From contig JBLMXQ010000093.1 of NCBI GenBank assembly GCA_050257855.1, positions 4,796-68,795 of the forward strand: 64,000 nt of DNA, in the 5' to 3' direction. Every line of letters starts with the position of its first letter. The stretch's first letter is position 1. A program made the position numbers and the translations under genes. The DNA is from Betaproteobacteria bacterium. Its GTDB lineage: Bacteria > Acidobacteriota > Vicinamibacteria > Vicinamibacterales > CAVVIG01. Under the pieces are notes generated by a model that saw nothing but the letters and a program-made list of their open reading frames with translations, was not told the origin of the DNA and made no database searches. Of this stretch, positions 31,601-39,707 are shown in pieces.

Positions 31601-31791
31601 TCGACGACCGACGTGGCCATCTCGTCAGGGCTCGCGCCGGGGAGCGCGAGCGACACGTTGACGGTCGCCGGGTCGGCGCGCGGGAAGAGGTCGACGCCGA
31701 GGCCCATGAACGAGAAGATGCCGAGCACCACGAGCAGCATCACGAGCATCGTGGCGAACACCGGCCGGCGGACGCAGAGTTCGGAGAGCAT
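28672..31791 (-). CDS. RND (AcrB-type) efflux transporter
   Basis: ORF 1039 aa with the RND N-terminus MLSELCVRRPVFATMLVMLLVVLGIFSF and the 12-TM / two-large-loop architecture. Confidence 0.9.
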   Translation of the reverse strand: MLSELCVRRPVFATMLVMLLVVLGIFSFMGLGVDLFPRADPATVNVSLALPGASPDEMATSVVEPMEETLSSISGIDEMSSMRISEGRAQITLKFVLERDINDAANDVREKVSAAMKNVPPQMLPPIITKVDPDSDPIMSVVLSSRDMSLRTLTEVADKQVKRAIETANGVGEVDLGGGRAREIHVVVDIDKLNAYGLSMTDVRDAVVNENVEIPGGTVEQGKSELLLRTLGRIDATDQFNNIVIATKNGTPIRVADIGYAEDASERPTQAVWLNGEPAVSLDVKRATGENTIAVIEGVKRKLDSVRRSLPRAVKLTITRDDSKFIYASVASLEEHLIFGSLFAAIVVLIFIRNIRAVIISALAIPASIISSFTLMRAMGFTLNNMTLLGITLAVGIVIDDAIVVLENIFRYIEEKNCTPFEAAIQGTREVTLAVMATTLSLVVIFLPIAFMTGYARRYINPFGWTMAFSILVSMLVSFTLTPMLSSRFLKVSDAAADHKTKEHGFFHWLDNWYTARVNWALDHPGVIIAVSVGVFLTMFPLNRMVGRTFVPTEDMGEWTIHVDTPEGTSLEGSTEIANNLVAELSGIEGVRDLQPTITERPTHIHLLGFATPYEDRKVSQDSIITELRRRLAKHPSYKPSITIRNPLGGGEAGGFPISANLLGPDMNQLADYAMQALARAQKMPSLVDPKLSLNVSNPEIHVAVDRRRAADLGVRMSTIGNTLRLAVAGDDEISSYREGSEQYPVKIRVLEGQRRDIEAIGKLTVPSAHGPVRIDNIARLERGLGPSTLQRYNRQFSVGLYSDIAPGHALDEASAEVRRMLADLHMPPDMSFRLAGQTKILDETTQNLIMAISLALIFVYMVLAAQFESFVQPIVIMLVLPVTIPFALLTLWITGRLLSLWSALGVLLLIGIVKKNSILQVDYANVLRARGVPLREAIVEACRTRLRPILMTTSAIIAGLIPTSLGIGIGGQGRAAIAITIIGGQSLCLFLTLLLVPVAYVKFDALEQAVASRRWKEWIGRVKAGLLKPAPAEGRAQG

Positions 31792-31842
31792 GAAACCTCT
31801 CGGGACTGCCGGAAGGCCGTCCCCTGCCGGGACGGTCCGTCC

Positions 31843-33060
31843 CTACTCGCTGTTCTTCGCGATCGACACCTTGGCGCCGTCCGTCAGCTTCTCGACGTCG
31901 GTCACCGCCACCGGCTCGCCGGCCTTCACGCCGCTCAGGATCTCGATCCGGTCGCCGAGCCGCTCGCCGGTCTTCAGCTCGCGCGCGACGAGGCGATCGC
32001 CCTGAACGACGAAGACGCGATTGACGCCGTAGCGGTACTGCATGGCGCCGTACGACAGCGTGAGCACCTGATCGACCTTCGCCGTCTCGATGTGGACGCG
32101 CGCGAACGTTCCCGGCTTGAGCAGCGCGTCGGGATTGGGCACCTTCGCCTCGAACGGGAATGCCCGCGTCGTCGTGTCGACCGACGGGCTGATCCGCGAA
32201 ATGCGCCCGGTGAGCGTCCGGTCGGGATAGGCGTCCACGTGCAGCTGCACGTCCTGGCCGACCTTGATCCACGGCGCCATCTTTTCGGGAATCTCCGCGG
32301 TCACCTTCAGCGGATCCACGCGCACGACCGCCATGACCGGCATCTGCGCCTTGACGAGCTCGCCGAGGTTGACGAGGCGCTTCTCGACATAACCGTCGAA
32401 CGGCGCGCGGATGTAGGTGTCGCGCAGCTGGCGATTCGCGAGCTTCGACGCCGCCTCGGACGCCAGGATGTCGGCGCGCAGGTTCTTCGCGTTCTGAAGA
32501 GACGACTCGTAGTCGGCCTTCTTCGCCTGCAGCGTGGCCTGCGCATCGTCGAGCGTCTGTCTGGGGACGAGCTGCCGCGTGTGCAGTTCGCTGGCGCGGT
32601 CGAACGCCTGCTGCGCCTGCACGAGCTCCGCCTTCGCCTTCTGGACGTCGGGCGTCTGCTCGCTCGGCGGCAGGTGTTCAGGATCCGCGGCGCCGTACTT
32701 CGCCAGCGCGCGCTCGAGCGCCGCGTGCTGCTGATCCTCGTTGTACTGCTGCTTCTCGCGATCGAGCTCGACGAGCACCTGGCCTGCCTTCACGCGATCG
32801 CCGAGGTCGGCGAGGATGCGGCTGACCGTCCCCTCGGCTTCCGACGAGATCGTCACCTCGTCTTCGGCAGCCAGCGTTCCGACCACTTCGACGGCGCGGC
32901 GGACCGTTTCCTGCCGCACCTGCTCGACAGCCACCGGCCTGGCTTCTTCCCGCCCGCGCGCCTGAGCGGTCTCGCTTCTCGAGCATGCCGCGGATCCGAG
33001 CGCCGCGCATCCGAGCACCGCCGCAGTCCATCGCCGAACAGCGAACAGATTCCCTGGCAT
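31843..33060 (-). CDS. RND periplasmic adaptor (membrane fusion protein), lipoprotein
   Basis: ORF 405 aa with a lipobox (LGSAAC), a coiled-coil region and HlyD-like beta domains. It lies upstream of the RND pump. Confidence 0.85.
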   Translation of the reverse strand: MPGNLFAVRRWTAAVLGCAALGSAACSRSETAQARGREEARPVAVEQVRQETVRRAVEVVGTLAAEDEVTISSEAEGTVSRILADLGDRVKAGQVLVELDREKQQYNEDQQHAALERALAKYGAADPEHLPPSEQTPDVQKAKAELVQAQQAFDRASELHTRQLVPRQTLDDAQATLQAKKADYESSLQNAKNLRADILASEAASKLANRQLRDTYIRAPFDGYVEKRLVNLGELVKAQMPVMAVVRVDPLKVTAEIPEKMAPWIKVGQDVQLHVDAYPDRTLTGRISRISPSVDTTTRAFPFEAKVPNPDALLKPGTFARVHIETAKVDQVLTLSYGAMQYRYGVNRVFVVQGDRLVARELKTGERLGDRIEILSGVKAGEPVAVTDVEKLTDGAKVSIAKNSE

Positions 33061-33209
33061 CTGGAACGAGCCTCGTCGACGAACCGCCCCGGCAGAACCG
33101 CCCGCCGCGACGAACCAACCGCGCGAATCATGGATTGTAGTGCGAAACCTTCGGATGGCGGCGGTGGAGAATACGACGCGGGCACCGGGACCGTTTCGTT
33201 GTAACCGAT

Positions 33210-33235
33210 TGTCTCAAACCGCTGTCTCAAACCGC
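33210..33235. repeat. perfect tandem direct repeat 2 x 13 bp (TGTCTCAAACCGC)
   Basis: Read directly from the sequence. It lies 150-175 nt upstream of the adaptor ATG (33060) and downstream of the copA stop. Confidence 0.8.
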
Positions 33236-33285
33236 AGGAGTCCGGTCCTCATTCGGTCTCCCGCCGACGCACGCGCGGGCCGGAC

Positions 33286-36135
33286 CTACAGGCGGACGCG
33301 CCGCAGCCGCAGAGCGTTCGCGATGACCGACAGCGAGCTCATCGTCATCGCCGCGCTCGCCCAGATCGGGCTGATGAGCACGCCGACGACCGGATACAGC
33401 ACCCCCGCCGCGACCGGCACGCCGACGGTGTTGTAGACGAAAGCGAGAAACAGATTCTGGCGGATGTTCCGCAGGGTCGCGCGGCTGAGCCGGCGGGCGC
33501 GGACGATGCCCCGCAGATCGCCTTTGACGAGCGTGATCCCGGCGCTCTCCATTGCCACGTCGGTGCCGGTCCCGACGGCAATTCCGACCGACGCCTGCGC
33601 CAGCGCCGGCGCGTCGTTCACGCCGTCGCCCGCCATCGCCACGAGCCGGCCGCCCCGCTGCAGGTCCTCGACAATCGCCCGCTTGTCGCCCGGCAGCACT
33701 TCGGCGCGCACGTCGTCGATGCCGAGCTGACGGGCGATGGCAGCAGCGGTCGCGCGGTTGTCGCCCGTCAACATGACGACGCGCACGCCGTCGGCCCGCA
33801 GACTTCTGACCGCCTCGGGCGTGGACGGCCGGATGCGATCGGCAACAGCGATCAGGCCCGCAACGCGGCCATCGATCGCGACGAGGAGCACGGTCTGTCC
33901 CTCCCGGCGCAGTTCGTCCGCACGCGATCCGAAGGCGCCGGCCTCGATGCCGTGCGCGCGCATCATCTCCACCGTGCCGAGCACCAGCGCGTGCCCGTCG
34001 ACGCGGCCGCTCACGCCCTTTCCGGGGACGGCGGTAAAGTCGATGACGGCGGGAATCGCGAGCGCACGCGCCTCCGCCGCCTTCACGATCGCCGCGGCGA
34101 GCGGATGCTCGCTCCCGCGCTCGACGGCGGCCGCCAGACGCAGCAGTTCCGCATCCGCGATTGCCGCACCGGTCTCGACAGCGGTCACATCCGGGCGGCC
34201 CTCGGTGAGCGTGCCGGTCTTGTCGACCACCAGCGTGTCCACGCGTCCGAGCAGCTCCAGCGCGTCAGCGTTCTTGATCAGCACCCCCGCGCGGGCACCC
34301 TCACCGGTTCCCACCATAATCGCCATCGGCGTCGCCAGGCCGAGCGCGCACGGACAGGCGATGATGAGCACGGCCACCGCGTTCACGAGCGCGATGGCGA
34401 AGCGCGGCTCCGGCCCCCACAGACTCCAGGCGACGAAGGCGACGGCGGCCGCGAGCACGACGGCCGGCACGAACACGGCGGCGACGCGGTCCGCCAGGCG
34501 CTGAATCGGCGCGCGCGTCCGCTGTGCCTCCGCCACCATCCGCACGATCTGCGCCAGCATCGTCTCGCCGCCGACCCGATCGGCACGCATCGTGAACGTG
34601 CCGCTCGAGACGAGCGAGGCGCCGATGACGCGATCGCCGGCGCGCTTGTCGACGGGCATCGACTCACCGGTGACCATCGACTCGTCCACGGCGGCGCCGC
34701 CGTCCAGCACGACGCCGTCCACCGGCACCTTCTCACCGGGCCGGACGCGCAGGACGTCGCCCACCTGCACGACCGGCAGCGGCACGTCTTCTTCGCGGCC
34801 GTCTCTGACGATGCGGGCGGTCTTCGGGGCGAGGCCGAGCAGCTGCCGGATCGCGCCGCCCGTCCGGTAGCGCGCGCGCAACTCCAGCACCTGGCCGAGC
34901 AGCACGAGCACCGTGATGACGACCGTCGTGTCGAAGTAGGTGTCCACCGCGCCGTGCATCCGGAAGCCGGCCGGGAAGATGCCCGGCGCCATCGTGGCCA
35001 CGGCGCTGTAGACGTAGGCCGAGCCGACGCCGATGCCGATGAGCGTGAACATGTTCGGGCTGGCGTTTGCGAACGACGCCCACATCCGGGCAAAGAACGG
35101 CCAGCCGCACCAGAACACGACCGGCGTCGCCAGGACGAGCTCGATCCAGTTCACGGTCGTCGTGCCGATGCGGTGGCCGAGGGCGCCGCCGGTGAGCATG
35201 TCGCCCATCGCCAGGACGAAGACCGGCAGGGCGAGCGCCAGGCCGGTCCAGAAACGGCGCGTCATGTCCACGAGCTCGGGATTCGGCGCCTCTTCGAGCG
35301 TGATGACTCGTGGCTCGAGAGCCATCCCGCACTTGGGGCACGCGCCCGGCCGGTCGCTTACGACCTCCGGGTGCATGGGGCACGTGTACTCGACGGTCGC
35401 CACGGGGGCCGGTGTGATTGCGGGCTCGAGCGCCATGCCGCACTTGGGACAGGCTCCAGCCGTCACGCTCTCGACCTCGGGATCCATCGGGCAGATCCAG
35501 AGGCTCCGGGCCGGGGGCTCGGGGCTCGCATGCCCGGTACCCGGGTGCTGGGTGGTCGAGTGCCGGGGTGCTGCGTGCTCCGCGCCAGGCTTCGGCATCG
35601 GTTTCATCGTGCCGGGCGTGACCGGCGCGGCCATGGGCGTTGTCTGCATGCCCTTCGGCCTCGCGCCGGAAAGATATCCCTCGGGATCGGCCTGGAACTT
35701 CGTGGCGCAGCCCTGGCAGCAGAAGTGGTACGTCGTGCCGTTGTAATCGACCGTCGGCTTCCCTTTCGCGGGGTCGACGGTCATTCCACACACGGGGTCG
35801 ATCGCGCTCGGGGCCCGGGGCTCGGGGCTCGGATGCCCGGTGCCCGGGTGCTCAATGCCTGGGTGGTGGGTGGTCGAATGCCGGGGTGCCGCGTGCTCCG
35901 CGCCGGGCTTCGGCATCGATTTCATCGTGCCGAGCGTGACCGGCACGGCCATGGGCGTTGCCTGCATGTCCTTGGGCCTCGCGCCGGAGAGATATCCCTC
36001 GGGATCGGCCTGGAACTTCGTGGCGCAGCCCTGGCAGCAGAAGTGATACGTCGTGCCGTTGTAGTCGACCGTCGGCTTCCCTTTCGCGGGGTCGACGGTC
36101 ATTCCGCAGACCGGATCGATGGCCAGGTCAGTCAT
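33286..36135 (-). CDS. copA: Cu(I)/heavy-metal translocating P1B-type ATPase
   Basis: ORF 949 aa with the TM CPC motif ([12 protein letters not shown]), TGES, DKTGTLT and GDGVNDAP. The N-terminus carries 2 x TRASH/YHS-like modules (DPVCGMTVD...YHFCCQGC) and 2 x CPMx[13 protein letters not shown] modules instead of HMA domains. Confidence 0.9.
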   Translation of the reverse strand: MTDLAIDPVCGMTVDPAKGKPTVDYNGTTYHFCCQGCATKFQADPEGYLSGARPKDMQATPMAVPVTLGTMKSMPKPGAEHAAPRHSTTHHPGIEHPGTGHPSPEPRAPSAIDPVCGMTVDPAKGKPTVDYNGTTYHFCCQGCATKFQADPEGYLSGARPKGMQTTPMAAPVTPGTMKPMPKPGAEHAAPRHSTTQHPGTGHASPEPPARSLWICPMDPEVESVTAGACPKCGMALEPAITPAPVATVEYTCPMHPEVVSDRPGACPKCGMALEPRVITLEEAPNPELVDMTRRFWTGLALALPVFVLAMGDMLTGGALGHRIGTTTVNWIELVLATPVVFWCGWPFFARMWASFANASPNMFTLIGIGVGSAYVYSAVATMAPGIFPAGFRMHGAVDTYFDTTVVITVLVLLGQVLELRARYRTGGAIRQLLGLAPKTARIVRDGREEDVPLPVVQVGDVLRVRPGEKVPVDGVVLDGGAAVDESMVTGESMPVDKRAGDRVIGASLVSSGTFTMRADRVGGETMLAQIVRMVAEAQRTRAPIQRLADRVAAVFVPAVVLAAAVAFVAWSLWGPEPRFAIALVNAVAVLIIACPCALGLATPMAIMVGTGEGARAGVLIKNADALELLGRVDTLVVDKTGTLTEGRPDVTAVETGAAIADAELLRLAAAVERGSEHPLAAAIVKAAEARALAIPAVIDFTAVPGKGVSGRVDGHALVLGTVEMMRAHGIEAGAFGSRADELRREGQTVLLVAIDGRVAGLIAVADRIRPSTPEAVRSLRADGVRVVMLTGDNRATAAAIARQLGIDDVRAEVLPGDKRAIVEDLQRGGRLVAMAGDGVNDAPALAQASVGIAVGTGTDVAMESAGITLVKGDLRGIVRARRLSRATLRNIRQNLFLAFVYNTVGVPVAAGVLYPVVGVLISPIWASAAMTMSSLSVIANALRLRRVRL
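35512..36120 (-). repeat. in-frame tandem duplication, period 318 bp (106 codons), two copies more than 90% identical, inside the copA 5' region
   Basis: TCGGGATCGG recurs at 35681 and 35999. The protein repeats [50 protein letters not shown]...[14 protein letters not shown] twice. The second copy lacks 5 codons. Confidence 0.9.
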
Positions 36136-36517
36136 GGTTCAGCGCCTCGATGATCGGACAGGCCGCGGCTCCGCCGTGATGACACGACTCGACCAGAACG
36201 GCGAGCGCCACGCGCATGGCCTCGAGCTGCTGGATCTTGCGGTCGATGTCGACGATCTTCCGCTCGGCGATGGCTCGGACCCGGTGTCGCTCGGCCCGCC
36301 TGACGCCGCGCAGACGAATCAGCTCCTCGACTTCGTCGAGCGAGAAGCCGAGCTCCTGCGCACGCTTGATGAAACGGACCACCTGAACGGACTCGGCCGG
36401 GAATTCACGGTATCCGGAGCCGCGGCGGGGAGTTCGAGGCAGCAGGCCGCGCCGCTCGTAGTACCGCAGGGTCTGCACGTTGACGCCCGACTCGCGGGCC
36501 GCTTCGCTGATCCACAT
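36128..36517 (-). CDS. MerR-family metal-responsive regulator (CueR/HmrR-like)
   Basis: ORF 36128..36595 trimmed to ATG 36517. That gives [26 protein letters not shown] (canonical MerR HTH), a coiled coil and a C-terminal CHHGGAAAC metal loop. The stop overlaps the copA start by 8 nt. Confidence 0.85.
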   Translation of the reverse strand: MWISEAARESGVNVQTLRYYERRGLLPRTPRRGSGYREFPAESVQVVRFIKRAQELGFSLDEVEELIRLRGVRRAERHRVRAIAERKIVDIDRKIQQLEAMRVALAVLVESCHHGGAAACPIIEALNHD

Positions 36518-36523
36518 GCGATC

Positions 36524-36555
36524 AGCATAAACCTTATAGTCAAGTACGGGGTCAA
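36524..36555 (-). promoter_or_regulatory. candidate MerR-type promoter TTGACC-N20-TATGCT, 6 nt before the merR-family ATG
   Basis: Read directly from the sequence. The over-long spacer is characteristic of MerR-controlled promoters. I could not find a clean dyad within the spacer. Confidence 0.35.
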
Positions 36556-36569
36556 GCCGGCGCAGCATC

Positions 36570-36598
36570 TTGCCACGGTTCCAAAATGGCGCCATAAT
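36570..36598 (+). promoter_or_regulatory. sigma-70-type promoter TTGCCA-N17-CATAAT, 6 nt before the vapB ATG (leaderless candidate)
   Basis: Read directly from the sequence. The -35, the spacing and the -10 are all close to consensus. Confidence 0.5.
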
Positions 36599-36604
36599 GG
36601 AGCC

Positions 36605-36838
36605 ATGACGCTCAGCCTATCGATCAAAGAGGTCCCCGCCGATGTGGCGGACGCGTTGCGCGAGCGCGCCCGCGCCAATCACCGGTCGATGCAGGGCGAA
36701 CTGCTGCACATCCTCGAAGAGGCCGTGCGGCCCAGGGCGTTCCGGGCCCGGGCGCTGATGGAGCACCTGGCAAAGCAGAAGCTGTCGACGCCGTCCGAGT
36801 CGGCGCGGATGATTCGCGAGACGCGGGACAGCCGGTGA
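36605..36838 (+). CDS. vapB: type II antitoxin, ribbon-helix-helix (Arc/FitA/VapB-like)
   Basis: Last 77 codons of ORF 36119..36838: MTLSLSIKEVPADVADALRERARANHRSMQGELLHILEEAV. The stop overlaps the vapC start as GTGA. Confidence 0.8.
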   Translation: MTLSLSIKEVPADVADALRERARANHRSMQGELLHILEEAVRPRAFRARALMEHLAKQKLSTPSESARMIRETRDSR

Positions 36839-37230
36839 GATTCGTCGTGGTCGACGCGTCGGCGCTCGCGGCGCTCGCGTTCGGCGAGCCGGAAGCCGAC
36901 ACGGTGCGTGATCGCCTCGAGGGAACCGTCCTGTTCGCGCCGACGCTGCTGAAGTTCGAGCTGGCGAACACCGCGTGGAAGAAGATCCGGAAGAGCCCCG
37001 GCGACGCCGATGCGATTCTCGGGCGCCTCGAGACGACGCTGAACGGCGACTGGGGCATCACCTGGCGTGACGTCGATCACGTCGACGCGGCAGTCATCGC
37101 TCGCGGGCTGGACATCTCCGCGTACGACGCCAGCTACGTGTGGCTCGCCGGCTCGCTCGGGGCGGACCTCGTCACGCTGGATCAGAAGCTCATCGACGTC
37201 ACGAAACAATTCGCGGCGCAGACTGTCTGA
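36835..37230 (+). CDS. vapC: PIN-domain toxin VapC
   Basis: ORF 131 aa. It starts MRFVVVDASALAALAF (first acidic residue) and also has FELANTAW, SAYDASYVWLA and LVTLDQKL. Confidence 0.85.
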   Translation: MRFVVVDASALAALAFGEPEADTVRDRLEGTVLFAPTLLKFELANTAWKKIRKSPGDADAILGRLETTLNGDWGITWRDVDHVDAAVIARGLDISAYDASYVWLAGSLGADLVTLDQKLIDVTKQFAAQTV

Positions 37231-37239
37231 ACTCCCGCC

Positions 37240-38928
37240 CTACCTGCCCCTGGTCAGCTGCTCCGCCGTCGTGAAGATCGGCTCGATGTCCACCGGCACG
37301 TCCGTCAGCTTGTCGAGCGCACGCTGGACCTCGGGCCGCACCACGCCGGTCGCCTCGAGCGCCTTCGCCTTCGCGTAGTCGCCCTCGGCCTGGATGGTCA
37401 TGATGTCGTGGGTCAGGCCGGCCACGGCCGTCTCGATCTTCGCGAAGTCGACGGCGAACCGGCCGTCGGGCTGCGCGACGAAGCCGCCGTGATCGAGCAG
37501 GTAATTGAGCTGGATCGCGATGCCGCGCCCGTGCGCCTCGCTGATGCCGAACCGGATGGCCCGGAACGCCGACGCCAGGTACGTCGTGTACAGCGGGCGC
37601 TCGAGCGATTTCGGCTCGGCGCCCTTGTCGATCAGGTACTGCAGCGCGAACAGGGCGGAGATGTCCGCCTTCGCTTCCTCGAGCGCGCTGTACGTCTCCT
37701 TCAGCGCCTGCCGCACTGTCGTCGTCCGGCCGTTGACGGTGATGTTGTGCGGGCCGAGACCGTGCATCAGCTCGTGCACGACGGTATGCGTGAAGAACGG
37801 GTCGAACGACACCGCGCCCTGATCCTCCGGACGCAGAACGACCTTCGAGATCGGCACCAGCGTCTTCGCGAACTTCGCCTCCTGCACGTTCCTGAGCATG
37901 ACGCGTTTGGAGCCCTTCTCGCGGATGACGCGGTCGTCGTTCGGCAGGTTGAACGCCGTCGTCTGCACGGCGCGGTTGCCGTCGCCGGACGCGAAGATCT
38001 CGTTGACGACGACGATCGGCGCCATCCCGCCGAGCTTCGGATTGCGGTACTTCGGGTCGATCGGCAGATGGTTCTCGATGTCCTGCAGCTCGCCGCCGAA
38101 CTTCTGCAGCTTCGCGCTCTCGGCTTCGTCGGTGACGGTGACGTACGACTCGAACCCTGCCTTGTAGTTGAACAGGCCGTCCTCGTAGACCTCGTACGGC
38201 CCGATGGTCGGCTCGACGGCGCCCGTGAGCTCCATCCAGGCGACGTCGCTCGCGTAGTAGTCGTTCGTCAGGAACGCGTCGGCGCGCTCGCTCAGGAACG
38301 CCTTGAGCGTCGGCTCGGTCGCCGCGGCCGCTGCCTCGCGCAGCAGCGCGGCCGCCCGTTCGAGCTCGCCCTGGTATTCGAGGTTGTAGGGCACGAGCGT
38401 GAAGCCCCGGCCGTCTGCGCTCCGGCGGACGACGGTGAAGAAGCCCGTCGCCTTCTCGCGCTCGGCCGGCGGCAGCGACTCAAACCACGCCTCGAGCTGC
38501 GCCTTCGACGCCTCCACGGGATAGAAGTTCGCGCCGGCCGGCCTGGCGGGCGCGCCGGGAATGAACGGCTGGTTGTGATCGAGCCTCGACCAGGGTCCCT
38601 TGTTGATACGGAAATAGTGCAGGCGCGCGCGGCCCTCCGGCGTCTCGTCGCGTGCGAGATCCAGCAGCAGCGAGTCGTTGCCGGCCCATGCCTGGCGGAG
38701 GAACAGCGCGTCGATGATTTTCGACGCCTCGACGAGCCTGGTCAGGACGATCCGGTCGGCGGCCGACAGATGCGACAGGTCGGCGCCGATGGCAGTCGGC
38801 GCGAATCGCGCCGCCATTCGCTGCAGCGTGGCAGTATCGGGCATCGGCTTTTCTTGGGCGCGAATCGGCGTGGAGAGCGCGATCGCGAGGATGGAAAGAC
38901 CTGCGGCGAAGGTGGATCTGATGATCAT
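37240..38928 (-). CDS. secreted M49 (dipeptidyl-peptidase III)-like zinc peptidase with HEXXH variant motif
   Basis: ORF 37240..39012 trimmed to ATG 38928, giving the signal peptide MIIRSTFAAGLSILAIALSTPIRAQ. It has HELMH followed 28 residues later by EEAKAD, the second zinc-binding motif of the DPP III type. Confidence 0.55.
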   Translation of the reverse strand: MIIRSTFAAGLSILAIALSTPIRAQEKPMPDTATLQRMAARFAPTAIGADLSHLSAADRIVLTRLVEASKIIDALFLRQAWAGNDSLLLDLARDETPEGRARLHYFRINKGPWSRLDHNQPFIPGAPARPAGANFYPVEASKAQLEAWFESLPPAEREKATGFFTVVRRSADGRGFTLVPYNLEYQGELERAAALLREAAAAATEPTLKAFLSERADAFLTNDYYASDVAWMELTGAVEPTIGPYEVYEDGLFNYKAGFESYVTVTDEAESAKLQKFGGELQDIENHLPIDPKYRNPKLGGMAPIVVVNEIFASGDGNRAVQTTAFNLPNDDRVIREKGSKRVMLRNVQEAKFAKTLVPISKVVLRPEDQGAVSFDPFFTHTVVHELMHGLGPHNITVNGRTTTVRQALKETYSALEEAKADISALFALQYLIDKGAEPKSLERPLYTTYLASAFRAIRFGISEAHGRGIAIQLNYLLDHGGFVAQPDGRFAVDFAKIETAVAGLTHDIMTIQAEGDYAKAKALEATGVVRPEVQRALDKLTDVPVDIEPIFTTAEQLTRGR

Positions 38929-38942
38929 GACGGGTGATGCTC

Positions 38943-39497
38943 TCAATGAACCCCTCTGCTCATCTGCAGGGCCGAGGGATCCGCGCCCAGGCGCCGGATG
39001 GCTCGCTCCCACATCTGCTCCGGCGGTGTGTCGAAGATCAAGTCACGGTCGACGTCGCTGATCAGCCACGCCGACGCCTCCAGTTCGGCCTCGAGCTGGC
39101 CGGCGCCCCACCCGGAGTACCCGACGACGAGCCGCGCGTTCGGCGGCTCGGGTGTTTCCAGCAGTCGCCGGAGGAGGTCCGGCGAGGTCGACAGCGACAG
39201 GTTGTCGGCGATTCGCACGCCGAGGAGGTCCCCGGCCTCGTGAGGTTCCTCGCCCACGAGGATCCAGGTTCGCTCGGGCTCGACCGGCCCGCCAATCCAC
39301 ACGCGCAGCTCGCGGTCGGTGCTGACCGGCGGATCCATGTGGACGACGACGCGGCCGGTGGTCACGAGCGGCCGATTCACGACCAGACCGAACGCGCCTT
39401 CTTCGTTGTGCTTGCAGAGCAGCACGACCGTGCGGTTGAAGTTGGGATCGATGAGTTGCGGCATCGACAGGAGGAGCGACGGGGCGAGGGAAGGCAT
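38943..39497 (-). CDS. YqgE/AlgH family protein (UPF0301)
   Basis: ORF 184 aa. LLLSMPQLIDPNFNRTVVLLCKHNEEGAFGLVVNRP and GYSGWGAGQLEAEL are family signatures. Confidence 0.85.
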   Translation of the reverse strand: MPSLAPSLLLSMPQLIDPNFNRTVVLLCKHNEEGAFGLVVNRPLVTTGRVVVHMDPPVSTDRELRVWIGGPVEPERTWILVGEEPHEAGDLLGVRIADNLSLSTSPDLLRRLLETPEPPNARLVVGYSGWGAGQLEAELEASAWLISDVDRDLIFDTPPEQMWERAIRRLGADPSALQMSRGVH

Positions 39498-39507
39498 CTT
39501 GATGGCG

Positions 39508-39690
39508 CTACCGCTGATGGCTGTCAGCTATCGGCTCTCGGCTCACGGTATAAGCATGAAGCCGGCGCGCGACCCTGCGCAAGTCTTCGATGAATCGGGC
39601 CGTCTCCCGATGGCGCGTCTCCTCGTCCGGCGCGCGCAGCAGCGCGGACGGGTGGACCGTGGCGGGCACGAGGTCGGCCGCCGAACGCTG
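39508..39690 (-). pseudogene. possible remnant of the C-terminus of a family-4-type uracil-DNA glycosylase
   Basis: Part of ORF 39508..39870. The segment DLVPATVHPSALLRAPDEETRHRETARFIEDLRRVARRL resembles the conserved HPS(A/Y)LLR motif-B region plus the C-terminal helix. Upstream, this frame is occupied by queG, so at most about 60 codons remain. Confidence 0.25.
39525..39548 (+). repeat. 7-mer array CAGC-TATCGGC-TCTCGGC-TCACGG
   Basis: Read directly from the sequence. It lies 28-51 nt upstream of the yqgE ATG (minus strand). Confidence 0.75.
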
Positions 39691-39707
39691 CGGCGCGCGC
39701 ATCTTCG

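Noticed and set aside
28513-33204. A 1563-codon plus-strand ORF, and similar giants at 2716..6417, 11291..13999, 13512..15905, 16260..19232, 23598..25508, 40694..42205, 53493..55655 and 57821..59686.
   Set aside because: Each lies antisense to a gene with unmistakable family motifs (RND pumps, ADOP permease, ABC exporter, BNR protein, TypA, aconitase, M16, LpxD). Their translations are low-complexity Arg/Ala/Gly/Asp/His-rich strings with no recognisable domains. Stop-free antisense frames are expected in genomes with very high GC3.
36530-36549. A MerR-type dyad operator inside the 20-bp promoter spacer.
   Set aside because: I tested all symmetry centres by eye. Only GTAC and short TA-rich micro-palindromes are present, with no convincing inverted repeat. 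The promoter call therefore rests on spacing alone and stays low-confidence.
33286-37230. copA-merR-vapBC as a mobile genomic island.
   Set aside because: No integrase, transposase, flanking direct or inverted repeats, tRNA target or visible composition shift. Only the TA pair and the internal duplication hint at accessory status.
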